Origin: Candidatus Abzuiibacterium crystallinum
GTDB taxonomy: Bacteria > Omnitrophota > Omnitrophia > Omnitrophales > Abzuiibacteriaceae
Assembly: GCA_002787155.1 (NCBI GenBank)
Contig: PCVY01000022.1
Span: forward strand, 29,336 to 92,618
DNA: 63,283 bases
Direction: 5' to 3'
The notes under the pieces were generated by a model, which was not told the DNA's origin, searched no databases, and worked only from the letters and a program-made list of their open reading frames with translations. The first letter of the stretch is position 1. Every line of letters begins with the position of its first letter. Positions 35,785 through 45,200 of this stretch are shown here, in pieces. The position numbers were made by a program, and so were the translations under genes.

Positions 35785-38640
35785 TTAATTCGTCTTGGCC
35801 GCCAAATTGGCGCTTTTGATGGCTTCTGCTTGTTCTTCCGTGAGCTGCCACATATAATCCCTTAAAGCATGAATTTGTTTAATCCAGTCACCGTCCAAAA
35901 CATCAGCGATTGGAGTCGTGCCATCCGCAAAAAATGTCGGCATCATGGTGCCTTCTTGCAATCTTTGGGGTTCTTTTAACCACTCAACTACCCACTGGGG
36001 TTTAAGACGATCTTTGGAAATGACAAGATCCGGCGCTAAGAAAGAAGCGGTCAACCCAGGGGATTCCGCGGATTGATGGCATTGAATACATTTGAATTGC
36101 ATAAACAATTGCCGTCCCGCTGTTAAGATGTCCTGATCGGTTGAAATATCGCTAGGCGCAAACGAAACTTTCTGGTGTTCCAGAAGCGCAAAATATTGTA
36201 TCAATGCATTCAATTCATCTTCGCTTAAACCAAAACCCGGCATATGATATTTTAACCAAGGACGAATCGTGCTTGGCGCATGCAGAAACTCAAAGAGCCA
36301 GTCCTCCTGGACCTTCGCACCTTCCCCGTCCAGGACAGGCGGCGCATTGCCAAGGTCTTCAAATAAAGACCGGACACGCCCTTCAACACCGTCTAAAGTA
36401 TGACATCCCTGACAATTATATTTGTTTACCAGAAAACGTCCTGCTTCAATGGCCTGCTCATCAAGATTCAATTGTCTCTGCATTTCAAGCGGAATATCCT
36501 CCGTTCGCAAACTCAACAGAAACGTGGTCAATGCTTCTGCTTGTTCATCCGTCAAACCAAAATCCGGCATTCTTAATTTGTCCTGGTAAGGCTTCACGCG
36601 GCCTTTGTCGTAACTTCTGGGATGTTTGAGTTTCTGAAAGAACCAGGCTTGGCGCGAATGCGGGATTTCAACAAAACCAAAATCTAATTTGGTAATTTCT
36701 TTTTGCCCTTCTTTGGTCAGCTCGGTGCCGATTCGTTTCGCGTTCTCAAACCCCTGAATATCGTGACACCCAAAACATCCCTGCCGATTAATCATCTCCT
36801 TGCCGACAAATTGCAGCTTGGCATCCGCATCCATTGCGGATAGCGTTTCTTCCGCTTCCGACTCACGCATCCTGCCGATTAAAAATGACATAGCCAATTG
36901 ATCAACATCCGCTTCTTTTACTTCGGGAATGCCGGTACTTTCAAACGCTTCATTACGATCTTGGAGTAAGTAAGCCGTGATATCGGCTGCTTGCTGATTA
37001 CTTAATCTGAGATTAGGCATGGGCGTCTCAGGCGAATAATGCTTGGGATCCTTCAGCCAAGTGTAAAGCCAATCCGCGCTGACTTTACTGCCCAAGCCCG
37101 TCAATTCAGGACCGCGGTCATTGACGTGAACACCTTCGGCAGAGTGACAACCTAAGCAGCCGATTTCCTTAATGAGCGCTTGACCGGTTTCCGGATTGCC
37201 TTTCGGCGGCGGCGACTGGAGCGGAACTTCTCCCGAATGAATCATTAAATACCTGGAAATGCCTTTGATCCCGGCGTTTGAGAGAGTTTTGCTTTCCTGA
37301 TCACTTGTGTTTTCAAGATGAAAGACAGAAGGCATGCGGGTAGAAGCGCGGAATTTCTTGGGCGCTTGAAGCCAGCGTATCATCCAATCAGAATCTACTT
37401 TACTCTTCACATTTAATAAACTTGGACCTACTTTCCATGCACCTTCTCCGCCAGAGGCAGAGCCGCCTTCGGCGGAAAATCCCTTGACGGTGTGACAGGC
37501 AAAACAGCCAAATTCTCTGGCCAATTGACGGCCGTGATTAATCTTGGGCGCTTCCGGAATATCAACAACCCCTTGATGACATTTGGTGCATGAAGCTTCC
37601 GTAAATTGAAGCGGCAGCATTTTAGCTTCCCATTTTTCAAGTTCATGCCAATGATATTCTTTCTTCCATTCCTCCGCTTGCACTTCATCGCGCGGGGTGT
37701 GGGCCGCCCAAGTAAATGACAAGGATTGCCCGCTCCCGCTGTGGCAAACCGTGCAACCGATTTTTTCAAGCGGGTGCGGCGAATTCGATGCCAAAAAAAG
37801 ATCAAGGCTGGGATGTGTCCGAAAAGGCTGTGGGGCATCTTCAAATCCTTCTTGATCGATGGCCAAATGGCAAGTTGTGCAGCGATCAATTTTATTTGAT
37901 TTGGCAAAAAAGAAATCGTCGTTCAAATCTTCCAGAACAATTTGTTGGATTTGGAGTGTGGGCACCATAAAATCCAGCATCGGGGCATTTAATAATTCCT
38001 TCACGACGGAAGGTTTAAGTTTTTCAAGTTTCTTTTGGTAACGCTCCTGGTCGCGCAATTTTGCACTGATTTTATCAGTTAATGTTTTCTGCTCTGCCTC
38101 CAGATCACGAATCGCCTGATCAATGTCTTCTTGTTTCTTCTCCAAGCGCTCCATCTCTTCCTTCGCGGTTTCAAGCGACACGGCTGTTTTCTCTAGTTTC
38201 TCTTGATATGCTTTCGCTTCTTTTTGCTCGCCTGCTTCATTGTCTTCTTCAAAGAAAAATTTGTACGAATCATAATATTGTTTTAAATCTTGATAGCGGT
38301 TTTTGGCACTAATAAGCGGTAATTGAATGGATTCTTTTTCTTTTACCAATTGATTGTATTGATCTTGCTTTTGTTTGAAATCAAAATTAGCTTCCTTGAG
38401 TTCCTCTTTTAGGCGCTGCAGCTGCTCCATGTTGACGTTTTTGATTATTTCGTCCAGTTTTTCCTGAGTTTTCTCACGCTCCAATTTAACAAATTCACGC
38501 TGATAATATTTCCATTCCCGATCATGATCCTGAAACAGCATGAGTAATAAAGTAACCAAGAGTCCGACGCTTGCGATCGCAAACCAAAACGTCGTTTTCT
38601 CGACACTATAAAGTTTGTTGTCGTTTTTTGAAGGAGGCAT
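35785..38640 (-). CDS. Membrane-anchored 951-aa multi-domain c-type cytochrome (8 CXXCH) with an N-terminal coiled coil
   Basis: One N-terminal TM, ~200 residues of K/E-rich heptad-like sequence, then CTTCH, CTVCH, CTKCH, CFACH, CLGCH, CFGCH, CQGCH, CIQCH. Translationally coupled to the subunit-IV-like gene. Confidence 0.8.
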   Translation of the reverse strand: MPPSKNDNKLYSVEKTTFWFAIASVGLLVTLLLMLFQDHDREWKYYQREFVKLEREKTQEKLDEIIKNVNMEQLQRLKEELKEANFDFKQKQDQYNQLVKEKESIQLPLISAKNRYQDLKQYYDSYKFFFEEDNEAGEQKEAKAYQEKLEKTAVSLETAKEEMERLEKKQEDIDQAIRDLEAEQKTLTDKISAKLRDQERYQKKLEKLKPSVVKELLNAPMLDFMVPTLQIQQIVLEDLNDDFFFAKSNKIDRCTTCHLAIDQEGFEDAPQPFRTHPSLDLFLASNSPHPLEKIGCTVCHSGSGQSLSFTWAAHTPRDEVQAEEWKKEYHWHELEKWEAKMLPLQFTEASCTKCHQGVVDIPEAPKINHGRQLAREFGCFACHTVKGFSAEGGSASGGEGAWKVGPSLLNVKSKVDSDWMIRWLQAPKKFRASTRMPSVFHLENTSDQESKTLSNAGIKGISRYLMIHSGEVPLQSPPPKGNPETGQALIKEIGCLGCHSAEGVHVNDRGPELTGLGSKVSADWLYTWLKDPKHYSPETPMPNLRLSNQQAADITAYLLQDRNEAFESTGIPEVKEADVDQLAMSFLIGRMRESEAEETLSAMDADAKLQFVGKEMINRQGCFGCHDIQGFENAKRIGTELTKEGQKEITKLDFGFVEIPHSRQAWFFQKLKHPRSYDKGRVKPYQDKLRMPDFGLTDEQAEALTTFLLSLRTEDIPLEMQRQLNLDEQAIEAGRFLVNKYNCQGCHTLDGVEGRVRSLFEDLGNAPPVLDGEGAKVQEDWLFEFLHAPSTIRPWLKYHMPGFGLSEDELNALIQYFALLEHQKVSFAPSDISTDQDILTAGRQLFMQFKCIQCHQSAESPGLTASFLAPDLVISKDRLKPQWVVEWLKEPQRLQEGTMMPTFFADGTTPIADVLDGDWIKQIHALRDYMWQLTEEQAEAIKSANLAAKTN

Positions 38641-38641
38641 G

Positions 38642-39724
38642 TTAGATATTGAAGAAAAATTCGGGTATGGCGACCAAATACTTTAAGTTAAACGCCCAAC
38701 GCAAATACATTTTAATAGGAACGGCAATCACCATTAACAAAAGAAAGGCGGCGACCGCATAACGCACGGCACCCATTTCTTGGAATGCTTTTTTACAAAA
38801 AGTTTTCGCAGCCATAGCTGGCGGTATTAACAAATAAGCCAAAACCAGCAGAATACCGGGCAGTTCCCTTAGGTACCATTGACTCGGCAGTCCCCATCCC
38901 AGCCATTTGATAAAAACAAACTCGGATAAGTTGACGTTGAGAAGCGGAACCACTTTATGCACATTCCATACTTCAAACGGTCCAAAAAAGTTCCAGTTAG
39001 GCCCTCTTAAGAATGTCCCCAAAACAATCAAGACAATCCAAAGCATCCAAAAACAAAACAAGAATCCGCTGATCCAAACCCGCCTTTGTTGATACGAGTA
39101 ATAACCTGATCCTTTGGGACTCCGGTCCAGGTAAGGAATCGCGCACAAACCAATGATAATTAAAGTAGGCAGTAAGACGCCGGCAATCCAAGGATCAAAA
39201 TAAACCAAGAGTTCCTGCAGGCCTAAAAAATACCAGGGGGCCTTCGAAGGGTTAGGCGAAATAGACGGGTTAGCCGGATCTTCCAAAGGCGCTTTAAGCG
39301 CCAGCGACCAAACCACGAGCATAATCGAATAAAAAAGCGCAACGACAAACTCAATAAAAATGAGATAAGGAAACACGAGAACTTTTTGTTCGGATTCTTC
39401 TTTCTCAAGAGGGCCCTTGCCTTCCGCCATGCGCATATCGTTGACCGTCGCCTTACGCATGGCATACCACGTAAAATAAAGCATAATAAAAAGCATCATG
39501 ACGATCGGAACATTGTCAGGTGTGGTAATGATCATTTTAAAATGCTCATCCGTTAAACCGAAAATAAAAAATGCGACCACCAGAATGCCAAGAGGCCCCG
39601 CTACTTTCGGAGCAGTCAGTTGCCCGGGAAATGAGAGGAAAAGAAAAAGGAGTCCCGTTCCCAACGTAAACATCATGACCGGAGATGAAATTTGATTAAA
39701 GAAATGTTTGATCAATTCAGCCAT
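38642..39724 (-). CDS. Subunit-IV-like (C-terminal half of cytochrome b) membrane protein, extended
   Basis: KAPWYFLGLQELL (PEWY-type Qo motif) and about 8 TM segments. ATG at 39724 lies 5 nt after the cyt b6 stop; the track TTG is at 39733. Confidence 0.8.
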   Translation of the reverse strand: MAELIKHFFNQISSPVMMFTLGTGLLFLFLSFPGQLTAPKVAGPLGILVVAFFIFGLTDEHFKMIITTPDNVPIVMMLFIMLYFTWYAMRKATVNDMRMAEGKGPLEKEESEQKVLVFPYLIFIEFVVALFYSIMLVVWSLALKAPLEDPANPSISPNPSKAPWYFLGLQELLVYFDPWIAGVLLPTLIIIGLCAIPYLDRSPKGSGYYSYQQRRVWISGFLFCFWMLWIVLIVLGTFLRGPNWNFFGPFEVWNVHKVVPLLNVNLSEFVFIKWLGWGLPSQWYLRELPGILLVLAYLLIPPAMAAKTFCKKAFQEMGAVRYAVAAFLLLMVIAVPIKMYLRWAFNLKYLVAIPEFFFNI

Positions 39725-39729
39725 AGAGA

Positions 39730-40536
39730 TCAAAGCGGCCCGCTAATGCCGCCATCCTTTCTGATACGCCAAAAGTGAACCGCCATTAAGATCACCACAA
39801 CAACGGGAATGGCCACGCAGTGCAAAATATAAAAACGAAGCAGCGTAGCTGCCCCGACAAACCGGCCGCCTAAAAGCGCAAAACGCGCATCATCCCCAGC
39901 ATGAATGAGTTGAATATCGCCAATCGAAAGTAAAGAGGCGCCCGGGCCTTCATAGCCTAGGAAAGGTGTGGCACGCGCCATGTTGGAACCAACGGTAATG
40001 GCCCAAATCGCCAATTGATCCCACGGAAGCAGGTACCCCGTGAAACTGAGCAACATCGTTAAAACCAAAAGAAGCACGCCGATCACCCAGTTGAATTCGC
40101 GAGGCGGTTTGTAAGAGCCTGTCATAAAAACACGCAGCATGTGCAGCCAAACCGTGATCACCATCGCGTGAGCGCCCCACCGGTGGAGTTCGCGCATAAT
40201 CCCAAAAGGCACGTGTTCGCGGAGTGCCACAATATCGGTATACGCATATTCAACCGTCGGCCGGTAGTAGAACATCAATAGAATGCCGCTCACCACTAAC
40301 GTAAGAAAAACAAAGAAAGAAAGCCCGCCGGCGCACCAAGTAAATCCAAAACGAGCACCTGATTTTCTGACCTTAACGGGATGCAGGTGAAAGAAAACGT
40401 TGGTTAAAACAGTGAGCGCACGGTCCCTGTCGTCGGTTTTATAACCGTGACGAAAAATTGATTTCCAAATTTGACCTTGTGTGACTGATTTTTTGATCTC
40501 TTCAAAATTAATTTTCGGGAGTTCAAATTTTTTCAT
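39730..40536 (-). CDS. Cytochrome b6-type subunit (N-terminal half of cytochrome b)
   Basis: FFHLHPVKV…, [28 protein letters not shown] at 40536 with GAGGAA upstream is preferred over the TTG at 40548. Confidence 0.9.
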   Translation of the reverse strand: MKKFELPKINFEEIKKSVTQGQIWKSIFRHGYKTDDRDRALTVLTNVFFHLHPVKVRKSGARFGFTWCAGGLSFFVFLTLVVSGILLMFYYRPTVEYAYTDIVALREHVPFGIMRELHRWGAHAMVITVWLHMLRVFMTGSYKPPREFNWVIGVLLLVLTMLLSFTGYLLPWDQLAIWAITVGSNMARATPFLGYEGPGASLLSIGDIQLIHAGDDARFALLGGRFVGAATLLRFYILHCVAIPVVVVILMAVHFWRIRKDGGISGPL

Positions 40537-40554
40537 GGGGTTCCTCAAATCAAA

Positions 40555-41169
40555 TTAAAGTTTCAAAAATGCTTCGGAATTACTCAACTCGCCTTTTTCC
40601 TGATGAAAAGATTTGCTTTTATCAATCACAATTTGTCCGTCATCAGCTAAACCGATTTTCAAACGTTCCAAAGGTCTCGGCGCCGGTCCTTCAAAGTTAA
40701 TGCCGGATTTATAAAAACCGCTCCCGTGACACGGGCATTTAAATTTTTGCTCGCTTTCAAGCCAATTGGGCGTACAGCCTAAATGGGTACAAACCGCCAA
40801 AAGCGCATAAATGCCTTCAACCGTTCTAACGACCCACACGCCATACTTTCCTTTCCAACGCAAATCCACCACACCCACTTCATAATCATCGGGATAACCG
40901 ACTTTAAAAGTACTTTTGGGTTCAAAAAGCACATTGGGGAACATAAAACGCAGCACAAAAGAAAGGGCCCCCGCGGTAGCGGCAACAAAAGTGAGCCACG
41001 CAATGGTAAACCACGAAAGAAATTGCCGGCGGCCAGGGACAGAGATTTCCGGCGCAGGTCTTTTCAGTGCTGGTTCGGCTGTTGCGGCGGGTGCAGCGGG
41101 TTTCGGCGCGTCAGCAGATGGTTTGGGTGTCGGTGACGGATCAGGCTTCGGCGCTATCGGTTCATTCAT
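40555..41169 (-). CDS. Rieske [2Fe-2S] protein with a Pro/Ala-rich N-terminal extension
   Basis: PGRRQFLSW (Tat-like), one TM, cluster boxes CTHLGC and CPCHGS. Confidence 0.9.
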   Translation of the reverse strand: MNEPIAPKPDPSPTPKPSADAPKPAAPAATAEPALKRPAPEISVPGRRQFLSWFTIAWLTFVAATAGALSFVLRFMFPNVLFEPKSTFKVGYPDDYEVGVVDLRWKGKYGVWVVRTVEGIYALLAVCTHLGCTPNWLESEQKFKCPCHGSGFYKSGINFEGPAPRPLERLKIGLADDGQIVIDKSKSFHQEKGELSNSEAFLKL

Positions 41170-41172
41170 GTT

Positions 41173-42042
41173 TTATTTCGACTGTTGTTGATGCTGAAGT
41201 GCGGTTAAAGCTTCTTGTCTCACTTTTAAACTGGGGTCTTCCCTTGATATTTTTTCTAATATTGGTACAGATTCTTTTCGACGTATGTGCGTAAAACCTT
41301 TTGCGGCATTTGCCATCACGGTTTCGATTTGTTTTGGATCCATTTCAAAAGCATTGATCAAATAATTTCGATCAAGTATTTTCACCAAAACTTCCCACCC
41401 GTCGTCATGGCCCAAACGCGCCAAACTTAAAGCGGCATTCCAACGAACATCATTGGCCGGATCATCCAAATGACGTTTTAAATCCTTCACCGCCTTTTGA
41501 TTGTTTAAAACACCCAGCACATATGCTGCTGTTTTCCGGTTGTCGCTTTGATCGCTACCCAAAAAACGGAGCACCTCCGATGCGCTGTCAGGATTGCCAT
41601 ATTGACCGATGGCCCACATTAAAAAGATAGGCAATTCGCTCACATCGTTTAAATCAACTTTTGCTAAAGCCGATCTCAAAGCTCCTTCTGCTTCCGGGCT
41701 CTCGAAACGGCTGAGCGCCATGGCCATGTAAGCACGGGTTTTGGCATCATAATGCGTATCGTCATTCAACATGTGAATAACGTCCGCCATGACACCCGAA
41801 CTGCGCAGAAGCCCTTCTTGATGATTAAGTTCGTTCGCTAACTCATAGGCTTTCTGCCACTTTTTGCTGGGCGCGCCCGTTTTGATAGACGAAATCAGCG
41901 ACTGAGGCGTTTCATCTTCTTTGGTTAAGAAGACAATCACCGAAAGCATCAGCACCATGGCTGCTGCAATCAATAACGGAAAAACAAATAAGCCAAAGAA
42001 CAGTTTTTTCTGGGCATTTGGCTCTTGTGTTTGTTTATTCAT
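41173..42042 (-). CDS. Membrane-anchored HEAT/PBS-lyase-like repeat protein
   Basis: N-terminal TM (LFFGLFVFPLLIAAAMVLMLSVIVFL), followed by repeated helical units with D..VR..AA.AL patterns. First gene of the respiratory supercluster. Confidence 0.65.
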   Translation of the reverse strand: MNKQTQEPNAQKKLFFGLFVFPLLIAAAMVLMLSVIVFLTKEDETPQSLISSIKTGAPSKKWQKAYELANELNHQEGLLRSSGVMADVIHMLNDDTHYDAKTRAYMAMALSRFESPEAEGALRSALAKVDLNDVSELPIFLMWAIGQYGNPDSASEVLRFLGSDQSDNRKTAAYVLGVLNNQKAVKDLKRHLDDPANDVRWNAALSLARLGHDDGWEVLVKILDRNYLINAFEMDPKQIETVMANAAKGFTHIRRKESVPILEKISREDPSLKVRQEALTALQHQQQSK

Positions 42043-42243
42043 GACTTAACAATTATCTAAAACAAAAACGTCCTGCCTAATGCCAGAGTAAGCCTTCATG
42101 ATTTCTGCGTTAAATCGGTTATTTTAGGAAGGCAATAGCCAATTCTTATTCAAACAACTGCTTATTATTAAGATGCATAGATTATCAAATTGTGGGCTTA
42201 ACGTCAATAAAGTTCACCGAAACAGTATAGGCGGAAGCAAAGG

Positions 42244-45200
42244 CTAAGCCCGAACGGCCAGTTCGCGGGCATTTTGGAATTGTTGGATGAGATTGGCAGC
42301 AACAACACCCAGGAAATCACGCACAAAACTTAAGACATTATCGATATAGACGATCTCATCCGCCACACGTTTCAAAAGAAAATCCATGGGTCGATCCCGT
42401 TCGCTTGCAAAAAGACGAATCGTCCCGACGCCAAGGCTTCTGAGTTCTGAGCGCGCTTCCTCATAACTCTTGGCAGTCATGATTTTGTGATCCGGAAAAT
42501 GGCCGGCAACCGCTTCGACCATCATTCGATCCGCTTGAATGGGAGTAATAATGACCAAATAGCCGGGAATGATCTTTGCCAAAGGTTCCAGTGCCAAACC
42601 AAGCGATTCACCAAACACAAGCTGGGGTGTGAAAATATTGCCTATGTTACTTTCATCGGCCGATGGGTTTAATTGAAAAACATGTGTCACGAGATCGGTT
42701 CGTGTTTCGGTTTGTGCCGTTTGCGCTTGTTGATGTAAAACATTCATGAGATCCGTCACGGCTTGCTCAGCCGGCAAAGCTGTTACCTGGCTCAGCGATA
42801 AAAAAGCTGCCGGTAATAAATTTTGAAAGTGACGTAACTCCGAACGCTTTTTCTTTTTACGCGGTTTGGGCGGCTTGCGTATTTCGGGAAAACCGATGCC
42901 GCGCGCACGTCCTATGCCGTCATTTCCAGCTGAACCAACTTGACCTGCAGCTTTTTTTTCATTCAATTTTTTTTCAATCCAGGGATCGATGCCGCTCGAC
43001 CCGGAAGACACAGCGCCTGAAGACCTGGCTGATGATGACCAAGTTCCGTAAGCCGCTTCCTTCCCCCGCGATGTGCCGCGATGTCGTTGGGTGCCCGGCT
43101 CCCACATGGTGAACTCCACAAATTCACGATCGAGGTCTATCCGTTTCACATAAACTGTTAGTTCGTAACCTGCCATCCCCTCCAACTCTCGCTCCGAACT
43201 GACAGACTTATCATCAACTAATACATTTGCGATATAAATGAATCCGCGCAGTCCCTCTGCGGTTACAACGTTTAATCCATTTCCCTTGCTGGTCACGCTT
43301 TGAACGGTTACGTTCAACGGCTGATCTTTTTGGTCTTGTAAAGCTTGAATAGCGGCCCGGCGGTCAATACTTCTGTTTTCTGCGAGCGCTTTTTGTGCCT
43401 GACTGGGATCATCTAGAAACGACAAAACCAAACTCATCTCACCGCGATAATGTTTGACGTCGATAATGGCTGCCTCAAATGTTTGGCCGATCACTTGAGA
43501 ATAGTTCTCACGGAGCGCCTTGATTATTTCCGGCCGTAAATGACTAAAAGGCACAAAACCTCGAACGCCTGCAACATCAACTTCTAATCCAGACATGGTT
43601 TCCGAGCGCTGCCTTCGCAAAAACCCAAAATCACCTCCAAAGGAGTAAGCTTCGCGTGTCACTCTGACCTGTACTTTTTGACCTTTTTTCAGACGGGCGC
43701 GTTCGCCTTCACGAATTGAAAATTTGGCTTCCTGCCCGCGGCCTCTACGTGATTCTTCTAACTCCGTAACGGTCGCCGGAAATTCCTTACCAAGCATATG
43801 TTCTTCCAAAAGCGCTAAACGTTCCCGAAGCGCTAAATTGCGCGAGTCTTCTGCTATGCCAGGCCCAAAGCGAACAGGTACAAATCCGCGAACGCCTTTG
43901 TAATCTACTTCAAAACCAACCACATTCCCTTCATTTGCCGTTTGTAATTTAATGATGACGCGTGTCACAGTGACGGGAAAAACAGGTTCTGGTTCTACAT
44001 CACCGCCGCCTATGCTTTCTCTTTCATAACGATCATCTCTCAAAGGTTCATGGCCATAACCCAAGCCCATTGAATCTTCAAAACCCAGCGGATCATCGTA
44101 GTCCCTTCTTGGTTCAAATCGGCTGAGATACCTCTCAGTCTCTCTCATAGCCAGCATGGCTTGTCGACTACGAAAAGTCTGTCCGATAGACAAAGCTTCC
44201 TCCAATTCCTGAATGGCAGCAGCGGTCACTTCCGGTGCTGGTTTTTTAACTTCAAACGGGGTCGATTGAACTCTGTCTGGTTCTTCAGCATCTAAAATTG
44301 AAAAGGTTGGCTCCAGGCCTTCGCGCCGTCTGTCCAGCGCATGAAGCGTCGCTCGAAAAGTTTTTCCCACCATTAAGTTGTTAATGAGAACAGGCCTATC
44401 GCCTTCTCCAACGACTTCGCGCAAAGCAAGTCTTAACGGCACAAAACCGCGTAAACCCTTGTAATAAACTTCCAAACCAATCGCTTTTTCTTGAGCGGGG
44501 CGATCGTAGTAGCGATACTGAGAAGGGCGTTCTGTCCTTTCATTTTTTTTGGTCATCACACGCAAAACTAAGATCTCAAAAGTTTTATTTGGGTTTTCTC
44601 GGCCCTCTTTTAATTCTTCAAGCGCCTCTTTTGATATCAGTCTTTCAGCGTCTGAGACTGAGAAAATAGGTTCCCGTACGTTCTGATTACTTGAGCCCCT
44701 ACGAAATTTCAGCTCAACCAGTTTCGCCGGGAAAAATTGATCGACCACCACCTGTTCAAGCCGTTCCGATGTCCAATCTGCCGCTCTGCCATAGAGTTTC
44801 GGCCGCTTTCCGTACGGCAAAAAACCTCTGAGACCGTTGTAAGAAACCTCAAAACCAGCGACGCGGTTGCCATCGATTCTTTTATGAACGACCATTTTGT
44901 TAATCCGGATATTGAAAATGCGCTTTGGATCTCTTTCCGCTTCTTCAAGTTCACGATAAGCTTTGGGGTGAACCGCTGTCAAAAATGGCGGGCCTTCTTC
45001 AGGCACAGCCGTCACAAAAACGTCGAGTTCGTTTTCCTCGCCAAAAATTTCTTCGGGCGCAGCCGGAAGTCCTGACCGCATGATGACACTTTCAATGCCT
45101 TTATACGAAACCGCAAGACCGTCAGCCGCACGATGCTCAGGGCTGCTGTAATATAAATCTTTTATTTTTGCCCTCAGCACAACCGGTGCGCCTGTCGCTT

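Noticed and set aside
36204-37907. Internal ORFs 36204..36629 (+) and 37428..37907 (-) within the 951-aa cytochrome gene
   Set aside because: They are alternative-frame or antisense ORFs fully inside a well-supported 8-haem gene, and neither has features of its own.
42247-42846. SELR recurrence explained as a nucleotide repeat or low-complexity artefact
   Set aside because: The copies use different codons, and the surrounding sequences are not similar at DNA level. The recurrence is therefore at protein level and is kept as a finding.
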